Shown piece by piece: positions 28,255 to 38,184 of a stretch of 64,000 nt of DNA. A program made the translations under genes and the position numbers. Below the pieces are notes generated by a model that saw nothing but the letters and a program-made list of their open reading frames with translations, was not told where the DNA came from and made no database searches. The stretch is taken from assembly GCA_041648915.1 (NCBI GenBank), contig JBAZOC010000001.1:10801-74800 (forward strand), in the 5' to 3' direction. Origin of the DNA: Candidatus Omnitrophota bacterium (GTDB taxonomy: Bacteria > Omnitrophota > Gorgyraeia > Gygaellales > Profunditerraquicolaceae). The stretch's first letter is position 1; the number at the start of each line of letters is the position of its first letter.

Positions 28255-29178
28255 ATGGCCAAAAAATTTATTATTTGTATTGATTTAGGCGGTACCAACC
28301 TGAAAGTTGCCCTCCTGGATCTAAATTACCGAATAAAAGACAGGGAGATTTTAAGTACGCGCTCTTTTATGGAAAAAAATGACCTCATCCTGGGGATTGT
28401 CCATGCCGTAACCAGGTTTATTAAATATAACAATTTGAGTAAGGCACAAATCCTGGGCGTAGGTCTGGGATTGCCCGGTCCGATAGACGCCAAGAGCGGA
28501 GTAGTGCATTTTTTCCCCAATATTCCCGGATGGAAAGAAGTGGCTCTCAGGTATATTTTGAGGAAAAAACTCAGCCTGCCGGTATCCCTGGATAATGACG
28601 CCAAACTTATGGCCCTGGCCGAGCATAGGTTGGGGGCGGCCAAAGGTTACCGCAATGTTTTATGCATGACATTAGGTACAGGCATAGGCGGGGGACTTAT
28701 TCTCCATAATAAAATTTACCGCGGTTTTAATAACGCCGCCGGTGAAATAGGCCATTTACCGATTAATGAGAAAGCAGGCGCGCCTTGTAATTGCGGCAGG
28801 TACGGATGCCTAGAGGCGTATGTCGGTAATCAGAGGATTATTAAGGAAGCCAGGAGAGTTTTTAAGCGCAGTATTACCCTTGAAGAATTAAGCTGGTTAG
28901 CGGTAAAGCGTAACAAGCTGGCCATAGATATCTGGCGCAAAACAGGTAACCACTTAGGGTTTGCTTTAGCCGGGGTAGTAAACCTGCTGAACCTGGATGC
29001 TATTATTATCGGAGGCGGGGTTGCCGGAGCGGGTAATGTATTATTTGAAAGTATAAAACAGGCCCTGCGGGACCAGGCTATGGGCGTACAGGCTAAGCAT
29101 GTAAGGTTATTTAAGGCAAAATTGGGAAATGAGGCAGGTTTAATCGGCGCGGCGATAATGGTAAAGGAAGGTTTATAG
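28255..29178 (+). CDS. ROK-family sugar kinase (glucokinase-like)
   Basis: 307 aa. Has DLGGTN, GIGGGLI and the ROK zinc motif CNCGRYGCLE. Confidence 0.82.
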   Translation: MAKKFIICIDLGGTNLKVALLDLNYRIKDREILSTRSFMEKNDLILGIVHAVTRFIKYNNLSKAQILGVGLGLPGPIDAKSGVVHFFPNIPGWKEVALRYILRKKLSLPVSLDNDAKLMALAEHRLGAAKGYRNVLCMTLGTGIGGGLILHNKIYRGFNNAAGEIGHLPINEKAGAPCNCGRYGCLEAYVGNQRIIKEARRVFKRSITLEELSWLAVKRNKLAIDIWRKTGNHLGFALAGVVNLLNLDAIIIGGGVAGAGNVLFESIKQALRDQAMGVQAKHVRLFKAKLGNEAGLIGAAIMVKEGL

Positions 29179-29823
29179 ATGAAAATATTTATTGATACTG
29201 CGAACATCCAGGAGATAAAAGAGGCGGTTAGCCTCGGAGTGCTAGACGGAGTCACTACCAATCCCACCCTAATCGCCAAAGAAGCCCGGCCGGCCAAGGC
29301 ATTATTACAGGAGATTTGTTCTGTAGTTTCCGGCCCCGTAAGTGCGGAAGTAATCAGCTTAGATTCAGGCGGCATGGTAGAAGAAGCGCGCGCGCTGACC
29401 AAGATTGCCAAAAATATCGTAGTCAAGATCCCGCTGACGAAAGATGGAATAAGGGCAGTTAAGGTTTTATCTCAAGAAGGCGTGAAAACAAATGTTACGC
29501 TTTGCTTTTCGGCTAACCAGGCGTTATTGGTAGCTAAGGCCGGGGCAGACTATGTCTCTCCCTTTATCGGCAGATTAGACGATATCAGCCAGCCAGGCAT
29601 GGATTTAATCCGGAATATTAAAACTATCTATAATAATTACGGATTTAAGACCGAGATTATCGTGGCCTCGGTACGTAATCCCGTGCAGGTCCGGGATGCC
29701 GCGCTTATCGGCGCGGATATAGCTACTCTTCCTTTTAAAGTAATCGAGCAATTAATAAAACATCCGCTTACGGATATAGGGATACAGAGGTTTATCGAGG
29801 ATTATAGAAAGATACCGAAATAA
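29179..29823 (+). CDS. tal: transaldolase / fructose-6-phosphate aldolase (short type 3B)
   Basis: 214 aa. Has [18 protein letters not shown] and VKIP (Schiff-base Lys context). Confidence 0.88.
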   Translation: MKIFIDTANIQEIKEAVSLGVLDGVTTNPTLIAKEARPAKALLQEICSVVSGPVSAEVISLDSGGMVEEARALTKIAKNIVVKIPLTKDGIRAVKVLSQEGVKTNVTLCFSANQALLVAKAGADYVSPFIGRLDDISQPGMDLIRNIKTIYNNYGFKTEIIVASVRNPVQVRDAALIGADIATLPFKVIEQLIKHPLTDIGIQRFIEDYRKIPK

Positions 29824-32103
29824 ATGCTCAAGAAACTATCCTGCCTAGTTTTTATTTTAGTATTATCTTGTATTTCTACCTCCCGCGCCGAAGGAATCGT
29901 TAAAGCCGGTTCAAAATCTCAGCCGATGATCATTAACGGCGATAATGTGGAATATTCCGCCGATGCCCAGGAAGTAATTGCCTCGGGGAACGTGGAGATT
30001 ATCTCGGGGGATACAAAACTCACCTGCCAGAAGTTGACCGTGAATACGCAGACCAAGGAAGGTATAGCCTCCGGACACGCCAGGCTAGAGGATAAAAAGG
30101 GTATTGTTGAAGGTGAGAAATTAATTTATAATTTTCAGACCAAGACCGGAAGCATTATTGACGCGCAATTCCGGGCCAACCCTTTTTTCGGCAGGGCCAG
30201 GAGAGTAGATAAAGAGAGCGAGAAAGAGATCGTAGCCCACTATGGATACGCGACCACCTGCAGCTTTGACCGGCCGCATTACCGTATTAGTTCGAAGCAG
30301 ATAAACATTATTCCCCAGGAAAAGATTCAGACGAAAGACGATTACCTGTATCTGGGACCGGTCCCGCTGATGTATTTATCGCGCTTTAACCAGACCTTTG
30401 AAAAACCGCTTATGCACGTGAGTGTCCTTCCCGGGAAACGGAAAGACTGGGGGCCCTATCTGTTGAGCGAATGGAGGTCTAATATTAAAGATAATATCTA
30501 TGCCCGGATGTATTTAGATTACCGTAATAAACTGGGTTGGGCCGAAGGGGTGGGGCTAAATTATGCCAAGACGCTTATCGGTAGCGGAGATTTTAAATTT
30601 TATTACAGTAAAGAAAGGCCCAGTAGTGTCCCTGCAGGAGACCCTACGTCGTACCAGAGATACCTTTTACGTTTAAGGCATAAGTGGGATATTGACAACC
30701 GGACTAATTTTATCGCGGAAGTTTATAAAATCAGCGATGAAAAAAGGAAATATGATTCCCAGGCTAATATCCTCAAAGATTATTTCTACCGGGAATATGA
30801 GAAAGATTCTGAACCGCTGACCTACGCGTTGCTGCACCACAGTTTTACCTATTCCAGCATCGATTTTTTGGCGCAGATGCGCATCAACCACTGGTATGAT
30901 CAATTGGATAAACTGCCGGAAATAAAATATACGTTGCCCAGCATTAAATTGGGAGATACCCCGTTTTATTTTGAAAACTATACTACTTTTACCAGTTTTA
31001 ACAAGAAGGCCGCTACCGCCCCTGCCAGCCCCGATGACCTGACCGTTACCAGGCTGGACACGGTGAATAAGATTTCTATTCCCACAAAAATAGCGTTCCT
31101 GCGGGTCAGCCCCTTCGTGAAGGTCCAGGAGACTATTTATGATAAAAGCGCAACCGGTTCCAGTTTGCCGGCCAGGTCTATATTTTATGCCGGAGCCGAT
31201 ATCAGCACCAAGTTTTACCGGACATTTAACGTCCAAAGCAATGTTTTTGGACTGGATTTAAACGGTTTGAGGCATATAATTACGCCCACTATCGGGTATT
31301 CCTATAACCCGGAGCCTACTGTTTCCGCTAATAAATTACTGCAGATAGACGGCGTGGACCTGCTTGCTTCCAGCAATGCCGCAACCTTAGAGTTATCCAA
31401 TAAATTACAGACCAAGCGTAAAGACGCAGAAGGCAAAGAGGTCAGCGTTGACCTGGTGGATTTTATAGTCTCTACCACCTACGCCTTCAGCCCTCGCGTG
31501 GTCTACGGGGTTAGCCCCGTTATCTTAAATAATAATAGCGTTATCTATTCTGCTGACCCGGCTAATAAGAATAAATTGAACGGCGCTGCTTTTTCGGATA
31601 TTCTTTTTAAATGGAAGCTTCTGCCTTATTCCTGGCTCAGGATCGAAGGAGACGCTACTTATAAGCGCTCCAGGATTCCGGGTGAAGTATATTATGATAA
31701 TTATAATCATTTTTCCAATGTGAATTATGATATTAATTTTGATTTTTCTCCGGAGCGTTCATTCGGGATAGGCCAGCGCTATCAAAGGAAAGGCCAAAGC
31801 CAGATAACGGCAAGCTTTCAATGGCGGATTAACCCGAAATGGAAATTTTCCATATATCAAAGATACAATATGAAGCCTTACACGGATACCTCAATTTCAC
31901 CGAATGAACTCGTAGACCAGGGTACGCTTGAACAGCAGTACACGCTTTCCAGGAATATGCATTGCTGGGACGTAGACTTTACATTTGATACCCGGCAGAA
32001 TAACGGCAGCACTATCTATATAATTTTTAGGTTGAAAGCATTCCCAGAGAATGAGTTTAACATTAATCAAAGCTATAATCAGCCCAAGTCGGGTTCACAG
32101 TAA
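29824..32103 (+). CDS. lptD: LPS-assembly outer-membrane protein LptD
   Basis: 759 aa. Has a signal peptide, an OstA-like N-domain (INGDNVEY...ASGNVEI) and a long Tyr/Asn-rich beta-barrel region. Confidence 0.8.
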   Translation: MLKKLSCLVFILVLSCISTSRAEGIVKAGSKSQPMIINGDNVEYSADAQEVIASGNVEIISGDTKLTCQKLTVNTQTKEGIASGHARLEDKKGIVEGEKLIYNFQTKTGSIIDAQFRANPFFGRARRVDKESEKEIVAHYGYATTCSFDRPHYRISSKQINIIPQEKIQTKDDYLYLGPVPLMYLSRFNQTFEKPLMHVSVLPGKRKDWGPYLLSEWRSNIKDNIYARMYLDYRNKLGWAEGVGLNYAKTLIGSGDFKFYYSKERPSSVPAGDPTSYQRYLLRLRHKWDIDNRTNFIAEVYKISDEKRKYDSQANILKDYFYREYEKDSEPLTYALLHHSFTYSSIDFLAQMRINHWYDQLDKLPEIKYTLPSIKLGDTPFYFENYTTFTSFNKKAATAPASPDDLTVTRLDTVNKISIPTKIAFLRVSPFVKVQETIYDKSATGSSLPARSIFYAGADISTKFYRTFNVQSNVFGLDLNGLRHIITPTIGYSYNPEPTVSANKLLQIDGVDLLASSNAATLELSNKLQTKRKDAEGKEVSVDLVDFIVSTTYAFSPRVVYGVSPVILNNNSVIYSADPANKNKLNGAAFSDILFKWKLLPYSWLRIEGDATYKRSRIPGEVYYDNYNHFSNVNYDINFDFSPERSFGIGQRYQRKGQSQITASFQWRINPKWKFSIYQRYNMKPYTDTSISPNELVDQGTLEQQYTLSRNMHCWDVDFTFDTRQNNGSTIYIIFRLKAFPENEFNINQSYNQPKSGSQ

Positions 32104-32133
32104 TCCTATAACCTTAAGCAACAAGAGGGTATT

Positions 32134-33453
32134 ATGAAGATTGCGATTATCGGTTCCGGTTACGTAGGCCTGGTTACCGGAGCTTGTTTTTCCGAGTTAG
32201 GCAACAAGGTTATCTGCGCGGATAATGATATTAGAAAAATCAGCAGCCTTAAAAAAGGCTTAATCCCTATCTACGAGCCGGGGTTGGAGGAATTGATTGT
32301 GCGCAATGTCAGGAATAAAAGGCTCTTTTTTACCGCAAGCATTAAAGAGGCGGTTAGGTCCTCTGAGATAATCTTTATAGCCGTAGGGACTCCTCCTTTA
32401 GAAAACGGAGAAGCTGACCTTACGGGAATAGAAAATGTTGCGCATAGTATAGCCGTGAACTTGCCTGGCCGGCAGGCCGGCAGGCAGGGGTACCGGTTGA
32501 TTGTTGAGAAATCCACGGTGCCGGTCGAGACAGGGGATTGGGTAAAGCAGACAATAACGCATTATATTAAAGATAAGGCTAAATTTGATGTGGCTTCCAA
32601 CCCGGAGTTTTTAAGAGAGGGTTCGGCGATAGACGATTTTATGCATCCGGACAGGATTGTTCTCGGCGTTGAGTCCAGGAAAGCCCGGGATTTATTGATC
32701 GAATTATACCGGCCTTTTAAGGTGCCTTTGGTGATTACGAATATTAAATCCGCGGAGTTAATCAAGCATGCCTCCAACGCTTTTTTAGCTACCAAGATCT
32801 CTTTTATCAATGCCGTTTCCCAGATTTGCGATAAGGTCGGCGCGGATGTCGAAGAGGTGGCTAAAGGCATGGGGTTAGATAGAAGAATCGGCCCCAGTTT
32901 TTTAAAGGCCGGCATAGGCTATGGCGGTTCATGCTTCCCGAAGGACCTGGATGCGTTTGTGCATATTTCTGAAAAGACCGGCTATGATTTTAAGCTACTC
33001 AAGTCGGTAGCCACGGTCAATGCTGAGCAATTGAGCTCGGCCCTTAAGAAGATAAAAGATTCACTCTGGATAATTAAAGGTAAAACCATCGCTATCCTCG
33101 GCCTGGCTTTTAAGCCTAATACTGACGATATCCGTAATGCCCCGGCTTTAAGGCTAATCAAGATGCTGCAGGAGGAGGGTGCCAAAATCAAGATCTATGA
33201 CCCGCAGGCCATCAGTAAGGCTAAGAAGGTATTGGCTAAGGTTATTTTTTGCGCCGATGCCTATTCCGCCTGCCGTTTTGCGGATTGCCTTTTTATCGCT
33301 ACGGAATGGGATGAATTTAAGGAGCTGGATTTTAGGAGAATTAAGAAACTGCTTAAACGGCCGTTGATTGTCGATGGCCGCAACCTCTATGACCCGGAAG
33401 TTTTACGAAAATTAGGTTTTTCTTATATTAGCATAGGAAGAAAAAAAGTATGA
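32134..33453 (+). CDS. ugd: UDP-glucose 6-dehydrogenase
   Basis: 439 aa. Has IGSGYVGLVTG and the catalytic GYGGSCFPKD. Confidence 0.92.
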   Translation: MKIAIIGSGYVGLVTGACFSELGNKVICADNDIRKISSLKKGLIPIYEPGLEELIVRNVRNKRLFFTASIKEAVRSSEIIFIAVGTPPLENGEADLTGIENVAHSIAVNLPGRQAGRQGYRLIVEKSTVPVETGDWVKQTITHYIKDKAKFDVASNPEFLREGSAIDDFMHPDRIVLGVESRKARDLLIELYRPFKVPLVITNIKSAELIKHASNAFLATKISFINAVSQICDKVGADVEEVAKGMGLDRRIGPSFLKAGIGYGGSCFPKDLDAFVHISEKTGYDFKLLKSVATVNAEQLSSALKKIKDSLWIIKGKTIAILGLAFKPNTDDIRNAPALRLIKMLQEEGAKIKIYDPQAISKAKKVLAKVIFCADAYSACRFADCLFIATEWDEFKELDFRRIKKLLKRPLIVDGRNLYDPEVLRKLGFSYISIGRKKV

Positions 33454-34724
33454 AAAATAAACTTAAGATTGCCGTTGTGGGGTTAGGCTACGTCGGGTTT
33501 CCTTTAGCCATGGAATTTGCTAAAAAAGGAATTCCGGTAATCGGTATAGAGATAGACCCGGGCCGCCTCAAGGCGATTAAACGCCGGGAATCCTATATCA
33601 GTGATGTTTCCGGCAAGGATTTAAAAAATATGTTAGCTGCGGGAAAATTCAGCGCGACTGCGGATTTTGCCAGGCTAAAAGAATGCGCGGCGGTATTAAT
33701 CTGTGTCCCTACGCCCCTAAAGAGGAAAAACCTCCCGGATATCTCGTATATAAAAAATTCATTGCATTCCGTGGCCAGGCATATTAAGAAGGGGGCTTTA
33801 GTTGTTTTAGAAAGCACCACTTATCCGGGTACTACGGAAGAGGAGATATTGCCAATTTTCCAAAAACATAATTTAAGGCATGGCCGGGATTTTTACCTTT
33901 GTTTTTCGCCCGAGAGGATAGACCCGGGAAACCGAAGGTTTCCGGTGAATAAAATCCCCAAGGTAGTCGGGGGTATTAATGCCGAAGCTACGCGCCGGGC
34001 AGTTTCTCTCTATAAGCATATTATTGGTAAGGTAGTCCCGGTATCCAGCCCGCGGGCAGCCGAGACGGTCAAACTATTGGAGAATACCTTCCGGCTGATT
34101 AATATCGGTTTAATCGACGAGTTAGCGATGATGTGCCATAAGATGAAAATTGATATCTGGGAAGTAATCCGCGCAGCTTCGACTAAGCCTTTTGGTTTTA
34201 TGCCTTTTTACCCCGGGCCCGGGGTCGGAGGCCATTGCATACCTAAAGACCCGCTGTATCTATACTGGAAGGCTAAAAGTTTTGGTTTCCGCTCGCGTTT
34301 TATTAAGCTTGCTTCCGAAGTGATCAGCTCGATGCCTGAATACGTGGTTGCCAGGGTGAAGGAAGCATTCTTAATGAGAAATTTAAAGCTAAAGGGGGCC
34401 AGGGTTCTGGTCGTCGGAGCCGCTTATAAGAAAGACGTGAAGGACTTGCGCCAGTCTCCCAGTATGGAGGTACTTAAATGCCTGGAGGCTAACGGCGCAG
34501 AGGTCGCCTATTTTGATCCTTTGATCCCGTATCTTAAAGTTAACCGGATAAAATTAAAATCCATTGCTTTAAGAGGGAGTTCGCTGAGGAGATTTGATTG
34601 TATCATTATAGCTACAGACCATTCGGAGATAGACTATGGATATTTATTGCATAATGCCCGGCTGATCTTGGATACGCGTAATGTATATAAAGGAAGAGGC
34701 GGGGATAAGGTGCTAGTCTTATGA
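33450..34724 (+). CDS. nucleotide-sugar dehydrogenase (UDP-N-acetyl-hexosamine dehydrogenase, WecC/TviB-like)
   Basis: 424 aa. Has VGLGYVGFPLA and the catalytic GVGGHCIPKD. Confidence 0.8.
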   Translation: MKNKLKIAVVGLGYVGFPLAMEFAKKGIPVIGIEIDPGRLKAIKRRESYISDVSGKDLKNMLAAGKFSATADFARLKECAAVLICVPTPLKRKNLPDISYIKNSLHSVARHIKKGALVVLESTTYPGTTEEEILPIFQKHNLRHGRDFYLCFSPERIDPGNRRFPVNKIPKVVGGINAEATRRAVSLYKHIIGKVVPVSSPRAAETVKLLENTFRLINIGLIDELAMMCHKMKIDIWEVIRAASTKPFGFMPFYPGPGVGGHCIPKDPLYLYWKAKSFGFRSRFIKLASEVISSMPEYVVARVKEAFLMRNLKLKGARVLVVGAAYKKDVKDLRQSPSMEVLKCLEANGAEVAYFDPLIPYLKVNRIKLKSIALRGSSLRRFDCIIIATDHSEIDYGYLLHNARLILDTRNVYKGRGGDKVLVL

Positions 34725-35656
34725 GCAAGTTTTTAGTCACCGGAGGCGCGGGATTTATCGGTTCGCATATAACCGAGAAACTGGTTAAGGACGGCCAGGT
34801 AGTGCGCGTCTTGGATAATTTCTCCAGCGGTAAGATCAGTAATTTAAAAGGGTGCCGGGACAAGGTGGATTTAATTAAAGGCGATGTTTGCTCTAAGACC
34901 GTCTGTATTAAAGCTGCCCGGGGTATGGATTTTGTCCTGCATCAGGCCGCTTTAAGGAGCGTGCCGGAGTCCATGCAGGAGCCTGGAAAGTATAATGCGG
35001 TCAATATCGGCGGGACGCTGAATATGCTGGAAGCGGCCAGAGAAAATAAGGTAAGGCGCTTTGTATTCGCTTCATCGAGCTCGGTATACGGAGATACCCG
35101 GAATTTTCCGGAAAAAGAGGAGTTTAGCCCCCAACCGATTTCTCCCTATGCCTTGAGTAAATTAGTTGGCGAATATTATTGCCATATTTTCAGCTGCCAG
35201 TATAATCTCTCTACGGTGGCTTTACGTTATTTTAATGTCTTCGGCCCGCGCCAGGCCCTGGATGATGAATACGCGGTAGTTATCCCCAGATTTATTAACC
35301 GCATGCTAAGAAACGAGCCGCCGCCTATTTACGGTAGCGGCAGGCAATCGCGGGATTTTACTTTTGTCAGCAATGTGGTGGAAGCAAATTTATTAGCCGT
35401 CAAAAACAAGCGCTTAAAATCCGGGGTATTTAACGTTGCTTCAGGCAGGGATTATACTATTTTAGAATTAGTCGGTATTCTAAACAATATTCTGGGAAAG
35501 AAGCTGCGCCCGGTTTTCCTAAAAAAACGTCCAGGTGATGTTTTTAAGACACTCGCCGGCCTTTCCCGGGCAAAGAATATTTTAGGGTTTAGGCCAAAAG
35601 TTAATTTCGCCTCTGGTTTAGGCCTGACTGTAGATTACTGGAGGTCCAATGGGTAA
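34721..35656 (+). CDS. NAD-dependent nucleotide-sugar epimerase (TviC/WbpP-like)
   Basis: 311 aa. Has [10 protein letters not shown] and YxxxK as YALSK. Short-chain dehydrogenase/epimerase fold. Confidence 0.8.
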   Translation: MSKFLVTGGAGFIGSHITEKLVKDGQVVRVLDNFSSGKISNLKGCRDKVDLIKGDVCSKTVCIKAARGMDFVLHQAALRSVPESMQEPGKYNAVNIGGTLNMLEAARENKVRRFVFASSSSVYGDTRNFPEKEEFSPQPISPYALSKLVGEYYCHIFSCQYNLSTVALRYFNVFGPRQALDDEYAVVIPRFINRMLRNEPPPIYGSGRQSRDFTFVSNVVEANLLAVKNKRLKSGVFNVASGRDYTILELVGILNNILGKKLRPVFLKKRPGDVFKTLAGLSRAKNILGFRPKVNFASGLGLTVDYWRSNG

Positions 35657-36575
35657 AAGAGTAGTTATCACCGGAGGCGCGGGATTTATCGGGATGCACT
35701 TATGCCGCAGGCTCCTGGAGGCAGGGTATAAAGTAGTTTGTATCGATAATTTTATCTCCGCATCCGCCGGAAGCTCGCGGCTTTTAAGCAGGGATAAAAA
35801 TTTTAATTTTATAAAACAGGATATCTGTAAATATATCGCTCTAGCCGGAAAGCTGGATTATGTTTTACACTGCGCTTCGCTTGCCTCACCCGAAGATTAC
35901 CTGCGTTTTCCGATCCAAACGCTTAAAGTAGGTTCTTTAGGCACGCATAATTCTTTAGGCCTGGCTAAAAAAAAGAAGGCTGTTTTCATGCTTTTTTCTA
36001 CTTCCGAAGTCTACGGTGACCCCTTAGTCCACCCGCAGCCAGAAAGCTATTGGGGCAATGTTAATCCTATTGGGGTGCGCAGTTGTTACGATGAATCCAA
36101 GCGTTTTGCCGAAGCTTTGACCATGGCTTATCATCGCCGGCATAAGTTAGATACTAGAATCGTCAGGATTTTTAATACCTATGGCCCGGGGATGCGGGTT
36201 GATGACGGAAGGGTAATTCCGAATTTTATTTATCAGGCCTTGCATAATAAGCCCCTGACTGTTTATGGCCGGGGAGGGCAGACCAGGAGTTTTTGTTATA
36301 TTGATGATTTAGTGGAAGGCCTCTACCGGTTAATGCTTGCTCCGGTAAATGAGCCGGTGAATTTAGGCAATCCTCGCGAGTTTACGATCATGCAGTTAGC
36401 CAGGTTAGTTTTGAAGATAACCGGCTCAAAAAGTAAGATTGTTTTTAAAGACCTGCCTCAAGATGACCCCCGCCAGCGTAAGCCCGACATAGGCAAAGCC
36501 AAAAAAGCCTTAAAATGGGAACCCCGTATTTCCCTTAGCGAAGGGCTCAAGAGAACCATTCCCTGGTTTAAATAG
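35649..36575 (+). CDS. UDP-glucuronate decarboxylase (UDP-xylose synthase)
   Basis: 308 aa. Has [19 protein letters not shown] and YDESKR, the UXS-type pattern. Confidence 0.85.
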   Translation: MGKRVVITGGAGFIGMHLCRRLLEAGYKVVCIDNFISASAGSSRLLSRDKNFNFIKQDICKYIALAGKLDYVLHCASLASPEDYLRFPIQTLKVGSLGTHNSLGLAKKKKAVFMLFSTSEVYGDPLVHPQPESYWGNVNPIGVRSCYDESKRFAEALTMAYHRRHKLDTRIVRIFNTYGPGMRVDDGRVIPNFIYQALHNKPLTVYGRGGQTRSFCYIDDLVEGLYRLMLAPVNEPVNLGNPREFTIMQLARLVLKITGSKSKIVFKDLPQDDPRQRKPDIGKAKKALKWEPRISLSEGLKRTIPWFK

Positions 36576-36582
36576 GTACGTT

Positions 36583-36639
36583 GCACCTGCGCCTACTGTT
36601 GCAGGTGCTAAATGGGCTCCCTTAAGGGAGCCCATTTTT
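36583..36639 (+). terminator. two consecutive hairpins, the second a canonical intrinsic terminator
   Basis: First hairpin: GCACCTGC (36583-36590) pairs with GCAGGTGC (36601-36608). Second hairpin: AAATGGGCTCCC (36610-36621) pairs with GGGAGCCCATTT (36626-36637), followed by a T-run. Confidence 0.8.
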
Positions 36640-36652
36640 GAAAGCGCTTTCC

Positions 36653-36682
36653 TTGACAAGGGCCGTGTTTATATGTTATACT
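36653..36682 (+). promoter_or_regulatory. sigma70 promoter candidate (TTGACA-18 nt-TATACT)
   Basis: TTGACA at 36653-36658 and TATACT at 36677-36682. It lies inside the TTG-started ORF-track extension, which argues for the ATG at 36725 as the true start. Confidence 0.5.
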
Positions 36683-36724
36683 TTTAGCCATCCAACCCGG
36701 ATTTTAAAAGAAAGGCTTAACCTT

Positions 36725-37309
36725 ATGGTATTGAATATTTTAAAACAAATCAACTGGGTAGACATCTTTGTCTTCATCCTTATTCTGCGCGTATGTTTTA
36801 TCGCTGTTAAAAACGGTTTCCCTGCTGAGCTATTTAAATTCATAGGCACGCTGAGCGCAACTTTTTTGTCTTTGCATTATTATACAAATTTAGCACTTTT
36901 TCTAAGCAACTGGCTTTTTCTGGGGAAAAGAATACCTTTAGAGTTCCTGGAATTAATGATTTTTCTCGGCTTAGCAATATCCGGGTACGGCATATTTATA
37001 TTAATACGCAGCCTCTTCTCCAGGTTCCTCAAGATGGAGGCGGTCTCTGCTTTGAACAGATGGGGAGGGCTAGTTTTGGGTTTGGCCAGGGCAGCTCTTT
37101 TATCCAGCCTGGTTATGTTTGTGTTGGCCATATCAAGCGTAGGATATTTTAAGGAAAGCGTCAAGGAATCTTATCTAAGCCAACGTTTATTTTCGCTTGC
37201 CCCGGATGCCTATACCTGGATGTGGAATAGTGTTATAGCTAAATTCAGCGTAGCCGAAAAATATAACGCGGTTATTCCATCAATTAAAGAGGATTTTTCA
37301 AAAAAATAA
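36725..37309 (+). CDS. cvpA: CvpA-family membrane protein
   Basis: The start is trimmed to the ATG at 36725 (MVLNILKQINWVDIFVFILI), the usual CvpA N-terminus. The protein has 4 TM helices. Confidence 0.65.
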   Translation: MVLNILKQINWVDIFVFILILRVCFIAVKNGFPAELFKFIGTLSATFLSLHYYTNLALFLSNWLFLGKRIPLEFLELMIFLGLAISGYGIFILIRSLFSRFLKMEAVSALNRWGGLVLGLARAALLSSLVMFVLAISSVGYFKESVKESYLSQRLFSLAPDAYTWMWNSVIAKFSVAEKYNAVIPSIKEDFSKK

Positions 37310-38182
37310 GTGAAATTAACGCATTTTTATAACCTGGTTGTGAAATTTGGTGCTGAGCGCGATCCCCGGAAAAATAAGTCGGGGATAAAAGCATATCCAG
37401 ATACCGCCATACTTTATGGTGACCCCGGGACGCAGGTAAAGAAAATCCTCGTCGGTATTGATATGGAAGTGGGAGAGTTACTCCTGGCCGACAGGATCCG
37501 GCAGACGCAAGGGCTGGACCTGGTATTATCCCATCACCCCGAAGGCCGGGCCTATGCTTTATTGCATGAAGTGATGCAATTACAGGTTGACCTGTTCAGA
37601 CAGGCCGGGCTAGACGAAGATATTGCCCAAAAATTCCTGGATATAAGGAAGAATGAAGTGGAGAGAAAAATACTCCCCCAGAACCATACGCGGCCGGTAG
37701 ATGCTGCCCGGCTCCTGAATTTGCCTTTTATGTGCATGCATACGCCTGCGGATAATCACGTTTATTATTTTCTTAAGAAATTGCTGGCAGGGCGCAAGGC
37801 CAGGGTGCTTCAGGATATAGTAGATATTTTGTCGGAGGTGCCGGAATACCGGGAGGCTAAGAAGAATATGACTGGACCGCGCATCCTTGTGGGCTCGCCG
37901 AAAAGAGAAGCGGGTAAGATATTCTTTGAGCTGACCGGGGGAACGGAAGGGCCCAAAGATATTTTTGGCAAGCTTTACCGGGCAGGAGTAAGGACCTTAG
38001 TATCCATGCATTTAAGCGAAGAGCATCTGAAAAAAGTTAAAGAGGCTAATCTTAATGTGGTGATCGCCGGGCATATCTCAAGCGATTGCCTGGGGTTGAA
38101 CCTGCTCCTGGATAGGATTGAAAAAGAAGAAAGATTAGAGATTATTGGTTGTTCAGGTTTCCAAAGGATAAAGAGAGGCTAG
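37310..38182 (+). CDS. Nif3-like (YbgI/YqfO family) dinuclear-metal protein, divergent
   Basis: 290 aa with a GTG start directly after the cvpA stop. Has a HHPEG motif and MHTPADN. Its position next to dnaG-rpoD resembles the Bacillus yqfO context. Confidence 0.5.
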   Translation: MKLTHFYNLVVKFGAERDPRKNKSGIKAYPDTAILYGDPGTQVKKILVGIDMEVGELLLADRIRQTQGLDLVLSHHPEGRAYALLHEVMQLQVDLFRQAGLDEDIAQKFLDIRKNEVERKILPQNHTRPVDAARLLNLPFMCMHTPADNHVYYFLKKLLAGRKARVLQDIVDILSEVPEYREAKKNMTGPRILVGSPKREAGKIFFELTGGTEGPKDIFGKLYRAGVRTLVSMHLSEEHLKKVKEANLNVVIAGHISSDCLGLNLLLDRIEKEERLEIIGCSGFQRIKRG

Positions 38183-38184
38183 CT

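Noticed and set aside
28830-29426. 198-aa minus-strand ORF. Similar long antisense ORFs occur at 53801-54472, 30673-31236, 57898-58422, 24135-24656, 20200-20718, 19681-20148, 2114-2533 and 478-861.
   Set aside because: All lie antisense to well-supported conserved genes (ROK/tal, tyrA/cmk, lptD, plsY, accD, dnaK, trxB, def/lipA). They have low-complexity Ser/Pro/Arg-rich translations, no RBS and no recognisable motifs. They are typical shadow ORFs.
34737-34761. 25-nt exact repeat TCACCGGAGGCGCGGGATTTATCGG, also present at 35668-35692.
   Set aside because: Both copies encode the Rossmann motif TGGAGFIG at the N-termini of two paralogous SDR epimerase/decarboxylase genes. The identity reflects a shared motif and codon preference, not a mobile or regulatory repeat.
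36638-36724. TTG-initiated N-terminal extension of cvpA. The same applies to the 38149-38184 extension of dnaG.
   Set aside because: The cvpA extension covers a terminator T-run and a good promoter (36653-36682). The dnaG extension overlaps the Nif3-like gene. Both proteins have canonical N-termini at the downstream ATGs (36725 and 38185).
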